Source: a virus (lineage: Duplodnaviria; Caudoviricetes). From it: DNA of 43,982 nt. The notes under the pieces were generated by a model. It saw nothing but the letters and a program-made list of their open reading frames with translations. It did not search any database and was not told where the DNA came from. The position numbers and the translations under genes are program-made. The stretch covers positions 1 through 43,982 of IMG/VR virus record IMGVR_UViG_3300032233_000914; one strand, written 5' to 3'. Below are positions 10,999 through 20,378 of the stretch, in pieces; the stretch's first letter is position 1; each line of letters opens with the position of its first letter.

Positions 10999-11861
10999 TG
11001 GCAAGTTTTTCTGAATTAGCAACAATACTTTCAGACTACGGTTTGGGTTCACTTTTTACTGTCAACAGCGACGGTAGCCCTGGTGGATGGTTGTATGAAC
11101 AAATGATTAACGGCAACGATGAACCTGTTAGCCTTGCTTTAGCTCTTGAACAAACACCTATTTTTAAACAGCGTTACAAAGTTATTTTTGATATGCGCGA
11201 ACGTGCTAACAATGGTGAAAACGTTGTTGTCCCAACAGTTCAAGACGTGTTAAGTTATGAGCAACAATACATGCAAGTTATGTCTGCTGCCGGTGTGCCT
11301 TCATGGTTTTATGATTCTTATACTGATGCTCAGGATGCTATCCGACGTAATCTTACTGTTGAACAAATTTCTAATCGTATTGGTGCTTCTTATGGTGTTG
11401 TTCAATCTTTGCCTTCTGAAGTCCGAGATATGTTTAGAGAGTTTTATGGCGACGCTACCGATGGTGCTCTTGTTGCTGCTGTTTTAGATCCTGAAAAAAC
11501 TTTGGCTCAACTTGATAAGGCCACTCGTTCTGCTGCTATTGCTGGTTTTGGTGCTAAACAGAATGTGGTTGTTAGTAAACAGCAAGCTGAAAGTTATGCT
11601 GGTTTAGGTAAATCTATTGCTGAATCCCAGCGTGATATTACTCAGGTTGCTTCGTTTAAGGATTTGACTACTAGCACTATGGGTGAATCAGGCACAGAGC
11701 TGGCTGGCGATGTGGCTTTCCAGGCTGGCGCTATGGGTGATGCTTCTGCTACTAAGCAGTTAGAGGACCGTTTGTTGGGTCGTCAGAGCCGTCAGCGTGA
11801 TGCTGCTGGTGGAGCATATGTTGCATCTGGTGGTACTTCTGGTTTAGGATCGCAACGATAA
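10998..11861 (+). CDS. Putative internal virion protein
   Basis: 287 aa, TAATG coupling, GGAG RBS, Gly/Ala-rich C-terminus. Confidence 0.55.
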   Translation: MASFSELATILSDYGLGSLFTVNSDGSPGGWLYEQMINGNDEPVSLALALEQTPIFKQRYKVIFDMRERANNGENVVVPTVQDVLSYEQQYMQVMSAAGVPSWFYDSYTDAQDAIRRNLTVEQISNRIGASYGVVQSLPSEVRDMFREFYGDATDGALVAAVLDPEKTLAQLDKATRSAAIAGFGAKQNVVVSKQQAESYAGLGKSIAESQRDITQVASFKDLTTSTMGESGTELAGDVAFQAGAMGDASATKQLEDRLLGRQSRQRDAAGGAYVASGGTSGLGSQR

Positions 11862-12124
11862 TGGCTCCTAAGCCTGTTGCTAATCCTCGTAAGACTGCAC
11901 GGTTTTATCAGGCTAATCCTGATGCTCGTAAGGTTAAAGCTAAAACTGATACTCAGTTTAATAAGTCTGATGCTCAAATGGCTAAACGTCGGGAACTTGC
12001 AAAAGCTCGTCGTGATAAGGGTATGATGGGCAAAGGAGGTGCCGACTTGTCGCACACTAAAAATGGTAAGTTAATCAAAGAAAGTGTTTCGAGCAATCGT
12101 GCACGTAACCGTGGAAAGAAGTAA
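11861..12124 (+). CDS. Small basic protein with a degenerate HNH-like motif
   Basis: Lys/Arg-rich; 'DLSHTKNGK...SSNRARN' resembles a reduced H-N-N/H nuclease motif. Confidence 0.55.
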   Translation: MAPKPVANPRKTARFYQANPDARKVKAKTDTQFNKSDAQMAKRRELAKARRDKGMMGKGGADLSHTKNGKLIKESVSSNRARNRGKK

Positions 12125-12126
12125 TT

Positions 12127-12414
12127 ATGGCTGCTAAGAAAATGACTCCTGCTCAAGCTCAAGCTTTGAAAGAAGCTGGCAAATTTTTTGGTGATTCTAA
12201 GTTAGGTAAGAAGCGTATTGCTGAGTTTAAGAAAACGCTTGCAGATGGTTATGCTGGTTTGACTGTTAATCCTCAAATTAAGCCTAAAAATTCTCAACCT
12301 TTAACTTCTGGTCAACGTGAAGCAAAACCTAAAACTACTCGTGTTAATCCTTTAACTTCTGGTCAACGTGAAGCAAAACCTAAAACTACTCGTCCGGGTC
12401 GTGGTGCACGATAA
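12127..12414 (+). CDS. Small basic protein with an internal 15-aa duplication
   Basis: PLTSGQREAKPKTTR occurs twice; Lys-rich. Confidence 0.7.
   Translation: MAAKKMTPAQAQALKEAGKFFGDSKLGKKRIAEFKKTLADGYAGLTVNPQIKPKNSQPLTSGQREAKPKTTRVNPLTSGQREAKPKTTRPGRGAR
12298..12393 (+). repeat. 45-bp perfect direct repeat x2 (period 51)
   Basis: cctttaacttctggtcaacgtgaagcaaaacctaaaactactcgt at 12298-12342 and 12349-12393. Confidence 0.95.
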
Positions 12415-12593
12415 TGCCTAACGTTGGTGGTAAGAAGTTTCCTTATACTAAAGAAGGTATGGCTGCTGCCAAGAAAGCTGCGGCTAAAAAAGGTGCTAAG
12501 GAGAAATATGCTTCTCCTAAGGCCAAGGCTAAACATGAAAAGAAAGAAACCCCTGGCATGAAAGCCAAAGAACGAAAGATGGGTAAAAGCTGA
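12414..12593 (+). CDS. Small Lys/Ala-rich protein, 59 aa (absent from the ORF track)
   Basis: MPNVGGKKFPYTKEGMAAAKKAAAKKGAKEKYASPKAKAKHEKKETPGMKAKERKMGKS; TAATG and TGATG coupling on the two sides. Confidence 0.8.
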   Translation: MPNVGGKKFPYTKEGMAAAKKAAAKKGAKEKYASPKAKAKHEKKETPGMKAKERKMGKS

Positions 12594-13033
12594 TGGCAAG
12601 TTCTAAAAAACCAGTTCCTCCCAAGCCAGTAAAAGATGGTATTCGGAAAAAGTCATCTACAACTAGCCGTACTGGTAGTGCCGATTCTATGTCACGCGCA
12701 CAAGCGGCGAGTTTAAGGGGTGCAGCAAATTATTATTCTGGACGAACTCCTTTAAAACCAGAGACTTCTGCTGATACTAAAGCAGGGCGAGGTAAGGCTC
12801 GTGTTTCTCGGACTATAAGTAACTTTGGTTCTGAAGGACCTAAGAGGTCTGGTGGAATGCGTAAACGTGGTTCGGAAGGCCCAACTATTCCGGCAGTGCG
12901 TTCTAGTACTGGTTGGCAGGCTTTTGAAGAAAAACTTGGTAAAAATGGTCTTGCAAATACTGGTAAAAGCGGATATCGTAAAACGGTTACGGAACTTCCT
13001 GTTCCTGGTACTAAACGTGGTAAAAAGAAGTAA
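12593..13033 (+). CDS. Basic, probably disordered protein (146 aa)
   Basis: K/R/S/G-rich, translationally coupled start. Confidence 0.7.
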   Translation: MASSKKPVPPKPVKDGIRKKSSTTSRTGSADSMSRAQAASLRGAANYYSGRTPLKPETSADTKAGRGKARVSRTISNFGSEGPKRSGGMRKRGSEGPTIPAVRSSTGWQAFEEKLGKNGLANTGKSGYRKTVTELPVPGTKRGKKK

Positions 13034-13052
13034 CATATTTAGGTAAGAGTTG

Positions 13053-13061
13053 TGGTACATT
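13053..13061 (+). promoter_or_regulatory. Putative extended -10 promoter (TG-G-TACATT)
   Basis: Matches TGn-TAnnnT in an AT-rich intergenic gap before 13108. Confidence 0.4.
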
Positions 13062-13107
13062 AAGTTTAATTAACGGTTTTTAAACCTCAGAACAAAGGAT
13101 AAATATC

Positions 13108-13407
13108 ATGAAGGAACGTGCAGGTAAAGGCGGAGTAGCAGCCAACAGTGTTTATTACACTGGTACTCAGAGAAGCAGCAACAACGCAGATAGGTATTGG
13201 TCGGCTCAAGGAAATACTGGCGCCAATAACATGAAGTTTAAGATTACTCAGTTGCAAGACAATGGTAAGACTTTGACTGGCAAAGGTAAAACTTTGGCAG
13301 AAGCACGAAAAGCATTGGACTCGCAAATTAAGAAGCCCACTGTAAAGCCAACAACGTTCTTGCAGTCAGCTAAGCCAGCTAAGAAGGCTGCGACTAAAAA
13401 GAAGTAA
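13108..13407 (+). CDS. Small basic protein (99 aa)
   Basis: AAGGA RBS; ends in the histone-H1-like AKPAKKAATKKK. Confidence 0.7.
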   Translation: MKERAGKGGVAANSVYYTGTQRSSNNADRYWSAQGNTGANNMKFKITQLQDNGKTLTGKGKTLAEARKALDSQIKKPTVKPTTFLQSAKPAKKAATKKK

Positions 13408-13694
13408 TGGCTTCTAAAAAAGATCCTAGACTGTCTCGTGCAGGTGTTTCAGGCTTTAACAAGCCTAAACGTACCCCGAATCACCCTAAAAAGTCTCATG
13501 TTGTTGTAGCAAAACAAGGCGAACAAGTTAAAACTATTCGGTTTGGTCAACAGGGTGTAAGTGGTTCACCTAAAAAAGTTGGTGAATCTGCTTCATATGC
13601 TGCTCGTCGCAAATCATTTAAAGCACGACATGCCTCTAACATTTCTAAAGGAAAAATGTCAGCCGCATATTGGGCTGACAAAGTTAAATGGTAG
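13407..13694 (+). CDS. Conserved small basic phage protein (DUF5754-like)
   Basis: 'KTIRFGQQG...RRKSFKARH...SAAYWADKVKW' is a pattern widespread in aquatic viruses. Confidence 0.7.
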   Translation: MASKKDPRLSRAGVSGFNKPKRTPNHPKKSHVVVAKQGEQVKTIRFGQQGVSGSPKKVGESASYAARRKSFKARHASNISKGKMSAAYWADKVKW

Positions 13695-13728
13695 GGTACT
13701 TGACAGTACCGACTATATGATATACTTT
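13695..13728 (+). promoter_or_regulatory. SigA-type promoter for scaffold/capsid, with an overlapping palindrome
   Basis: TTGACA (13700-13705)-N17-TACTTT (13723-13728), and also TG-A-TATACT. The inverted repeat GGTACT-tgac-AGTACC (13695-13710) covers the -35. Confidence 0.65.
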
Positions 13729-13869
13729 TATCTGTATAGGTGAGCTACGCAAGTGGCCCTATAGATGTGTGCTACTTACGTGGCCGTCAAATTAATCCTC
13801 ACAAAGTCGCCGCAATGTGGGTGTAAGTCGAGTCGGCTGTTGACAAAAAACCATTGAAGGGAAACACTA

Positions 13870-14403
13870 ATGTCAGAAGATATTGAAATCATTGAAGAAC
13901 AACACGATATTAAGTCGTTGCGTAAGGCAGCCGAAGCAGGAAAGCAAGCTCAAAACGAGTTGGCTGAAATGAAGCGGGAACTGTTATTTGCAAAGGCTGG
14001 TATTGATACTGGTAGCAAAATTGGAAAGTTGTTGTTTAAGACTTGGGATGGTGAAGATCTTGATTCGCTCAAGACTGAAGCCTCTGATCTTGGAATTGGT
14101 GGCGTAGAAGCGCCACGTAAGAACGAGATTGAAGTTGAAGAACGAGGACAACAGGATTTTCGTCAAACTTTTGCTAAGGGTAATGTTGGTGCTCCTTCGG
14201 AAGTTCCAGAGCGTGACCCATACGACGAAGCTTATGATCTTTTTCATGAGGCTCGGAAGCGTGGCACGACAATGGACGATGCCGGACTTGCAGCAATTGA
14301 CCGTGTTCTAGTGGCAGCAGCATCTGGTGACAAGCGTGCAATCTTTGACCCGAATGATTGGGCTAACCAAGCTCGTTCAGTCGGACACCGATTTGATCGG
14401 TAG
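13870..14403 (+). CDS. Probable capsid scaffolding protein
   Basis: Acidic coiled-coil N-terminus (IKSLRKAAEAGKQAQNELAEMKRELLFAKAGID), located upstream of the capsid gene. Confidence 0.65.
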   Translation: MSEDIEIIEEQHDIKSLRKAAEAGKQAQNELAEMKRELLFAKAGIDTGSKIGKLLFKTWDGEDLDSLKTEASDLGIGGVEAPRKNEIEVEERGQQDFRQTFAKGNVGAPSEVPERDPYDEAYDLFHEARKRGTTMDDAGLAAIDRVLVAAASGDKRAIFDPNDWANQARSVGHRFDR

Positions 14404-14405
14404 TT

Positions 14406-14696
14406 ATGGCTCTTTGTGAGATTCCAAACTGCGAGGAACACTATGGGTGTCGCCTCAAAAGTAAGGGTTTACAAGTGTCGCCATCGGCTACTCCAAGTCG
14501 GCATAATGGGCGTCGCAAGCAAGTAGAACCGCCTTCATGGAATAAAGGAATCGCTTATGACACGCGAGCAGATGGGTCCAAAATGCCCATCATGAACGCC
14601 GACATGACTCCTGTACGCATGAAGCAGGCTAGTGAGCAACGCCACAAAATCAACGACCACTTGCGAGCTTCTCGCATCAAAACCACAAAGGATTAA
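14406..14696 (+). CDS. Hypothetical protein with an N-terminal Cys/His cluster
   Basis: CEIPNCEEHYGC; lies between scaffold and capsid. Confidence 0.6.
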   Translation: MALCEIPNCEEHYGCRLKSKGLQVSPSATPSRHNGRRKQVEPPSWNKGIAYDTRADGSKMPIMNADMTPVRMKQASEQRHKINDHLRASRIKTTKD

Positions 14697-14701
14697 TTAT
14701 C

Positions 14702-15874
14702 ATGGCACAAGAACTTGTTGGCCCAAACTTTTATTCATATGACCTCCAGGTCGAAACTAAGATCAATATTGATGAATTGATCTACATCCTTACTCCCGAC
14801 GATCTTCCGTTGCTTTCAGGTATCGGTTCAGACGGTCTCGGTGTAATTGGTAAGGCTCCAGTTGACAACACTATTTTCTATTGGCTTGAAGAAGATGTGC
14901 CGTTGCCACGCTCAACCGTTGCTACCGCTATTGCTTCTTCTGGAACCACCTCATTGGTTCTTCCCGCCGAAGGTGCAGTCAAGTTTGCTGTTGGTGACGC
15001 TATTCGTGTAAACAACGAAATTATGTTGGTTACCGCAAACAACACCTCAACGGAAACTTTGACCGTCACCCGTGGCGCTTTGGGAACAACTGCTGCATCT
15101 TCACATGCTGTCGGTGCCGAAATCATTGGTCTCGGAACCGTTCTTGCAGAAGGAGACATTGGAACGGCTAACTTCCAAGGCCGTGACAAGTACTCCAACT
15201 ACACGCAGATCTTCTCAAAGAAGCTCACCGTGTCACGTACTGAGCAGAGCATCCCCAAGTATGGTGTGCCGAACGAATTGAACAAGCAGATGCGTAACGC
15301 TATGCTTCACTGCAACGTTGGTATTGAGCAGGCTGCTTTGTACGGTATTGGCTACGAAGATGCCGCTTCGCGTGTTCGTTCAACCGCTGGTTTGAACTCG
15401 TTTATCACAAGCAATGTTGACTCGTCGTCATCGTGGATTACTGTTGGTGCTATTGAAGCTCTCCAGCAGACCGCATACGACAACGGTGGTATGTTTGACT
15501 TCATTACCGCTCGTCCGGCTGCTTTCCGTGCATTGAACAACACGCAAGGTAACGAGCGAGTCCAGACCGTAACGGTTGAAGATGCTCGCCGTGGTCGTCG
15601 CCGTGCACAGACCGTCATGACCGAATTTGGTGAAGTTACCTTGGTCCGTAACCGTTACGTCCGTAAGACGGACGCATTCTGTTACAGCCGTGACAACTTC
15701 ATTCAGCGTGTATTCCAGCCTCTCGTGGCTCAGAAGTTGGCTAAGACCAACGACACGGATTCATACATGATGGTTGGAGAATGTGGATTCCAGGTTAAGG
15801 GACAAGATCATATGGCAAAGTTCAGTGCTCTGAACTTGTCAGCAGCTTTCCCCACTGCTGGAACCTTAGTCTGA
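14702..15874 (+). CDS. Major capsid protein (SU10/DUF5309-like) with an inserted beta-domain
   Basis: 'WLEE', 'NYTQIFSKKLTVSRT', 'TEFGEV' and 'VGECGFQVK' patterns; biased codon use typical of a highly expressed gene; strong downstream hairpin. Confidence 0.85.
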   Translation: MAQELVGPNFYSYDLQVETKINIDELIYILTPDDLPLLSGIGSDGLGVIGKAPVDNTIFYWLEEDVPLPRSTVATAIASSGTTSLVLPAEGAVKFAVGDAIRVNNEIMLVTANNTSTETLTVTRGALGTTAASSHAVGAEIIGLGTVLAEGDIGTANFQGRDKYSNYTQIFSKKLTVSRTEQSIPKYGVPNELNKQMRNAMLHCNVGIEQAALYGIGYEDAASRVRSTAGLNSFITSNVDSSSSWITVGAIEALQQTAYDNGGMFDFITARPAAFRALNNTQGNERVQTVTVEDARRGRRRAQTVMTEFGEVTLVRNRYVRKTDAFCYSRDNFIQRVFQPLVAQKLAKTNDTDSYMMVGECGFQVKGQDHMAKFSALNLSAAFPTAGTLV

Positions 15875-15886
15875 CCATAACGATGT

Positions 15887-15928
15887 AATGAGCGGGGGCT
15901 GTATCCCCTCCAGCAGTCCCCGCTCATT
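15887..15928 (+). terminator. Stem-loop terminator or stabiliser after the capsid gene
   Basis: aatgagcgggggctg / cagtccccgctcatt forms a 15-bp stem with one G-T pair; the U-tract is weak. Confidence 0.7.
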
Positions 15929-15948
15929 GCTTAAAGAAAGGAACGCTG

Positions 15949-16851
15949 TTGTCGCGCACACTTGTTAGCGCAGCGGTCCAGCGAGTCAAGCGTCAGCTTG
16001 CTTCGTCGTTCCGTTATGAGGTAAACACGCTTGCCTCCGATGTTGACTTGACGGATACGTCAGTAACATTGACCTATGAACTTCCTGCATCACTAGTCTC
16101 TGGTGCAATTTTATCTATTGCTAATGAAGAAATGCGTGTCATGTCAGTTGACCGTGTAGCTAAATCAGCAACAGTTCTTCGAGGCTGGAACGGCTCAGAA
16201 GCTTTAACACATACCGCTAACGATGAGGTTTACATTAACCCTCGTTTTAGTGGTTTACACATTTACGAAACTCTAATTGATGAACTCACATCTTGGGGTC
16301 CTGATCTATATCGCACTATGGCTCGCATTGAGGCTGTTAGTGACGGTTCACAAACAGTCCATTTGCCTGTTGCGTGGCGTAACATTTTTGGTTTAGTTGA
16401 TGTTCGTCGTAATTGGACTGATGACGACACAACTTCCTGGGCACGAGTAGAAGGCCGTTTGCAACGTGGTGTTCCTGGCACTTGGACTAACGGTCCTGCT
16501 AGTGGTGTACTATTCCGTATGTTCCCACCGGTTTATATGGGTTCATTGTATTTTGTTGCTGCCGCTCCTCTTGATGTGGAAGCAATCTCATGGTCGTCTG
16601 ATCTTGTTGACGATGTTGGTTTGAAGCCTTCTATGCTTGATGTGCTTGATCTTGGTATTAAGTGGCGTTTGTTGGGTGACTCTGAAGCTGGTAGGTCGGC
16701 TCGTGTCGCTCAGGACGCTCCTCGTCGTGCTGAGGAAGTTCCTCCTCGTACTGCATCTGATGAAGCTAACCGTTTATATCCGCTGTATGTGCGTCGAAAG
16801 GCTGAGGAAATAGACCGGTTGCGCTGGCAGTATCCGTTGAGGTTTACATGA
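15949..16851 (+). CDS. Probable head-tail adaptor (tail tubular protein A-like)
   Basis: TTG start with AAGGA RBS; position directly after the capsid gene. Confidence 0.55.
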   Translation: MSRTLVSAAVQRVKRQLASSFRYEVNTLASDVDLTDTSVTLTYELPASLVSGAILSIANEEMRVMSVDRVAKSATVLRGWNGSEALTHTANDEVYINPRFSGLHIYETLIDELTSWGPDLYRTMARIEAVSDGSQTVHLPVAWRNIFGLVDVRRNWTDDDTTSWARVEGRLQRGVPGTWTNGPASGVLFRMFPPVYMGSLYFVAAAPLDVEAISWSSDLVDDVGLKPSMLDVLDLGIKWRLLGDSEAGRSARVAQDAPRRAEEVPPRTASDEANRLYPLYVRRKAEEIDRLRWQYPLRFT

Positions 16852-18647
16852 GTTTTGCGCCGCTTCTTGGTAGAGGTTCTTATCCTTTTTATATTGGTAC
16901 ATCTACTTCTGATATTGCTACTCCATTTACTATTAAGATTGATGGACGCACATATCCGATTGATGTAAAGAACTACAAGCGGTCGTCTCTTACTTCGTTG
17001 CGTGATGCTGTTGTGTCTACAGGTCAGGTTGATGACTCGTTGTTTAACACTGATGGTGCCTGGTGGCGTTACCGTTATAACTGGTGGAGTGGTGCTGGCC
17101 AATCTAATATGGATCTTGGCGAAGATAGGAACGTGAGTCGGTTTGACTCAAGTGTTGGCATTAATGTGTGGGATGAGGGCGAGTTGTCGCTTCTTCGATC
17201 TACTTCTTTTTCTGATGGTGCTTTGACTGGTTCCGTAAGTTTGTTGTGTCCTACTGACAGTTTTCTTTATGCTTCCGACGGGGTATCACTTAAACGTACT
17301 TCTACTTTTAGTTCTTGGACTACTATTACAGGTATTAGCGGTACTATTCGTGATATTGCTACGGATGGTGTAACTGTTTATGTGGCTACTTCTGTTGCTT
17401 TATATACTGTTGGTTCAGGTACTTCGGCTACAAGTGTTGTTGCATCTGCTCATAGTCGTGTGTGGTTTGCTGCTGGACGACTGTTTGTTTCGGTAAATAA
17501 TGTTCTCAAAGAATATAGCAATACATGGACAACACCATTTTCTGAAACACATTTTCAATCATCATTTGTTTACACAACCGTATTCGCTGTAGGTAGTAAG
17601 ATTTATGCAGGCGGATATGCAGGCTCACGATCAGAAATCTTTGGTTTTAGTATTGGCTCTACGGGAGCATTTGTTAAAGGTGCAGAAGTCGTATCTTTAT
17701 CTATTAATGAACTAATACAACACGTCACTAGCCATGCCGGCGTGGTCATATTTTGCACAAATAAAGGTATCCGAATGGCTACCGTAGCGGCGGATGGAAG
17801 CCTTACCTACGGTCCACTTATTGACACACCAGGTTCTGTTACATCAGCTCAAGCCGAAGGACAGTACGTCTGGTTTAACTGGCGTTCAATCGATGCAAAT
17901 AAATCAGGAGCTGGGCGACTTGATCTTTCTAACACTCCTCGTCCTATGCAGCCTGCCTTTGCGACAGATGTGTATGCCGATACCGCAGGCACGTGTACTA
18001 CTGTTGCTCGTTTTAATAGCCGCACAGTATTGGGTATCCCTACTATTGGCGTATATGTTGAATCAACTACAGGGTATGTAACTAGTGGCTATATTAATTC
18101 TGGGCATATTTATTACGGCACGGTAGAACGCAAATCAGTAACAGATCTCAGTGCCGTATTCCAACCATTAGCCGCCAATCAATCTGTAACAGTAAAAATA
18201 TATGATGACCAAGAACTACTTTTGAATAGTGCTGGTAGTGGGGTAGTAAACAACACTCGTATTATCGTCCAATTAGATGGTGAACAAGGCGACTACTTTA
18301 AAGTTCGTGTTGAACTTGCTGGCCCTGGTACATCTACACCAACATTTGAACGATGGAGATTGCGAGCATTCCCTATTGCTCCTCCAGTAGAACAATATGT
18401 AATCCCTATACTTTTGTATAGTAAAACTATTGTTAACGACTCACAAGGACAAATGTTCTCGTTAGATACAGACGCAGAACTATTATTCTTAAAACAAATA
18501 TGGGAAACAAAACGGCCTGTCAGTTATGTAGAAGGAACAACTTCACGCCGTGTACGTTTAGAAGCATACGAATACTCACCAGACGACTGGTCGGACAACC
18601 AAACAGGCTTTGAAGGCACAATGGTTGTAAGATTAGTGACACTATAG
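16848..18647 (+). CDS. Probable tail nozzle (tail tubular protein B-like, beta-propeller)
   Basis: 599 aa, beta-rich, 'WWSGAGQ...RFDSSVGINVWDEGELSLL'; follows the adaptor. Confidence 0.6.
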   Translation: MSFAPLLGRGSYPFYIGTSTSDIATPFTIKIDGRTYPIDVKNYKRSSLTSLRDAVVSTGQVDDSLFNTDGAWWRYRYNWWSGAGQSNMDLGEDRNVSRFDSSVGINVWDEGELSLLRSTSFSDGALTGSVSLLCPTDSFLYASDGVSLKRTSTFSSWTTITGISGTIRDIATDGVTVYVATSVALYTVGSGTSATSVVASAHSRVWFAAGRLFVSVNNVLKEYSNTWTTPFSETHFQSSFVYTTVFAVGSKIYAGGYAGSRSEIFGFSIGSTGAFVKGAEVVSLSINELIQHVTSHAGVVIFCTNKGIRMATVAADGSLTYGPLIDTPGSVTSAQAEGQYVWFNWRSIDANKSGAGRLDLSNTPRPMQPAFATDVYADTAGTCTTVARFNSRTVLGIPTIGVYVESTTGYVTSGYINSGHIYYGTVERKSVTDLSAVFQPLAANQSVTVKIYDDQELLLNSAGSGVVNNTRIIVQLDGEQGDYFKVRVELAGPGTSTPTFERWRLRAFPIAPPVEQYVIPILLYSKTIVNDSQGQMFSLDTDAELLFLKQIWETKRPVSYVEGTTSRRVRLEAYEYSPDDWSDNQTGFEGTMVVRLVTL

Positions 18648-18656
18648 GAGACTAAA

Positions 18657-19799
18657 ATGGCAGACGAATACATTCTTAAAAGCTTTGATGGTGGTGCACA
18701 AACCACCACACTTACAGCAGGATTTACTTCCGGTGGAGCAACACTTGCTGTTGCTAACGGCACCTCATTCCCTGATGGTTCATCTGGCCCATTTGTTGTT
18801 GTAGTTGATCGTGGTTTGGCAACTGAAGAAAAGTTTTTGATTGACACAACATCAGGAACAAGTAACGTTACTTTTACTATTCAGCAAGCAGGATATGACG
18901 GTACTAGTGCAGTAAACCACAACGCTGGCGCAACCGTAGACCACTGCCTAGATGCATACACAGTTGAACAAGCGAACCGCTACGTCAATCTTCAATCAAC
19001 CAAAGGCTCATTAGTCACCCATACGGGCAGTACAAGTGTTGCTATGGCCGCTTCAGGTACAAACAACCTGACACTATTAACCGACAGCACAACGGCTAAC
19101 GGTATTAAATGGGGGCAAATAGTTGAAGCCACCATTACAACAGGCGCAGTCTCACTAGCAAAACTTGCCACCGCAGTACAAAACCTTCTTGTTCCCGCCG
19201 GAACTATCTCAGCAACTGTTAGTGCAACAGAAGCTGATGGCTGGAAGTTTATGGGTCAAACATTGACTAATGCTGAAACTTTGTATCCATCACTATTTAC
19301 TGTGGCACCAGCAGGCTGGCGTACGGGAACAGCACCGAACCGTAACCTTGTATTACCAAGTATCACAGACAAAACATTATTCCAAGCTGGAACAACAACA
19401 CTAGGTTCATCTGGTGGTTCTAATACCGTAACAATTGCTAGCGGAAACCTTCCGACACACGTTCACAGCATTGATCCTCCATCTACCACTGTTTCTGTAA
19501 CAGTAAACGATAACACCGTTGACCGAGTAACAAGACTTACTTCAGAAGTAGCAAACGGTTACGCTACTGGTATCAGCCCTGGTTCAACAGGAACTGGTCT
19601 TTTGGCTGGATCGGCAGGATATGGAGTTTCAAATACTACTTTTGGTATGTCTGTATCACATGAAACAGAACACACTCACACGGCTTCGGGTAGTGTTGAT
19701 ATTGCTGCATTCAACTCTGCTAACGGTGGATTTGCAAACACAGCTCTAACCATTACAAACGCTCACCTAGCAGTCAACTATCAGATTAAGGCACACTAA
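18657..19799 (+). CDS. Tail fibre protein with a collar-like domain
   Basis: 'PAGTIS...GW...YPSLF...LP' collar motif, 'NLPTHVH', 'HTHT' metal-binding repeats and a C-terminal 'VNYQIK'. Confidence 0.8.
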   Translation: MADEYILKSFDGGAQTTTLTAGFTSGGATLAVANGTSFPDGSSGPFVVVVDRGLATEEKFLIDTTSGTSNVTFTIQQAGYDGTSAVNHNAGATVDHCLDAYTVEQANRYVNLQSTKGSLVTHTGSTSVAMAASGTNNLTLLTDSTTANGIKWGQIVEATITTGAVSLAKLATAVQNLLVPAGTISATVSATEADGWKFMGQTLTNAETLYPSLFTVAPAGWRTGTAPNRNLVLPSITDKTLFQAGTTTLGSSGGSNTVTIASGNLPTHVHSIDPPSTTVSVTVNDNTVDRVTRLTSEVANGYATGISPGSTGTGLLAGSAGYGVSNTTFGMSVSHETEHTHTASGSVDIAAFNSANGGFANTALTITNAHLAVNYQIKAH

Positions 19800-20374
19800 T
19801 GACCCAATACACCGTACTACCTATCATCATGCCCTCCGATCTTGCAGGACAAAAGAACGGCGAACTCAACCCAACATTATTACGGGATATTAAAGCTCCA
19901 GGAGGCAAACTGCATCGTCTTGCAGCAACCGCATGGAACGCTATGCAACTACAAGCATACTTTGATGGTATTGAACTCAAGCATGTAGGCGCATATCGTC
20001 CACTAGCTGAACAGATTAATCTATTCAATACTCGTTATTCGGCAACAAAGACTCCTCGAAAGCCTGAAGTTACACGCACTTATCAGGGCAAAACATGGTA
20101 TTTGAAGCCAGGTATGGCGCCGGCTGGCACCCCAGGGACCAGTAATCATGGGATTGGACTGGCTATTGATATTGCCAATTGTTCAGGTAAGCGTCTTGAA
20201 TGGCTACTTGGTGACGGATTTATGACCTCCAACGCCCTCAAGTACGGGTTCTCTTGGGAGGTCAAGGACGGAGCAAATGCCGAAGCATGGCATATCCGCT
20301 ATATTGCTGGCGACACACTGCCACAGGCCGTTCTAGATGCCATTGCGGCCTTTCCAACACTAGACGTACGATAG
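19799..20374 (+). CDS. Endolysin, M15/VanY-type D-Ala-D-Ala peptidase
   Basis: 'AYRPLAEQ', 'PGTSNHGIGLAID' (SxHxxGxAxD) and 'EAWH'. Confidence 0.9.
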   Translation: MTQYTVLPIIMPSDLAGQKNGELNPTLLRDIKAPGGKLHRLAATAWNAMQLQAYFDGIELKHVGAYRPLAEQINLFNTRYSATKTPRKPEVTRTYQGKTWYLKPGMAPAGTPGTSNHGIGLAIDIANCSGKRLEWLLGDGFMTSNALKYGFSWEVKDGANAEAWHIRYIAGDTLPQAVLDAIAAFPTLDVR

Positions 20375-20378
20375 TAAC

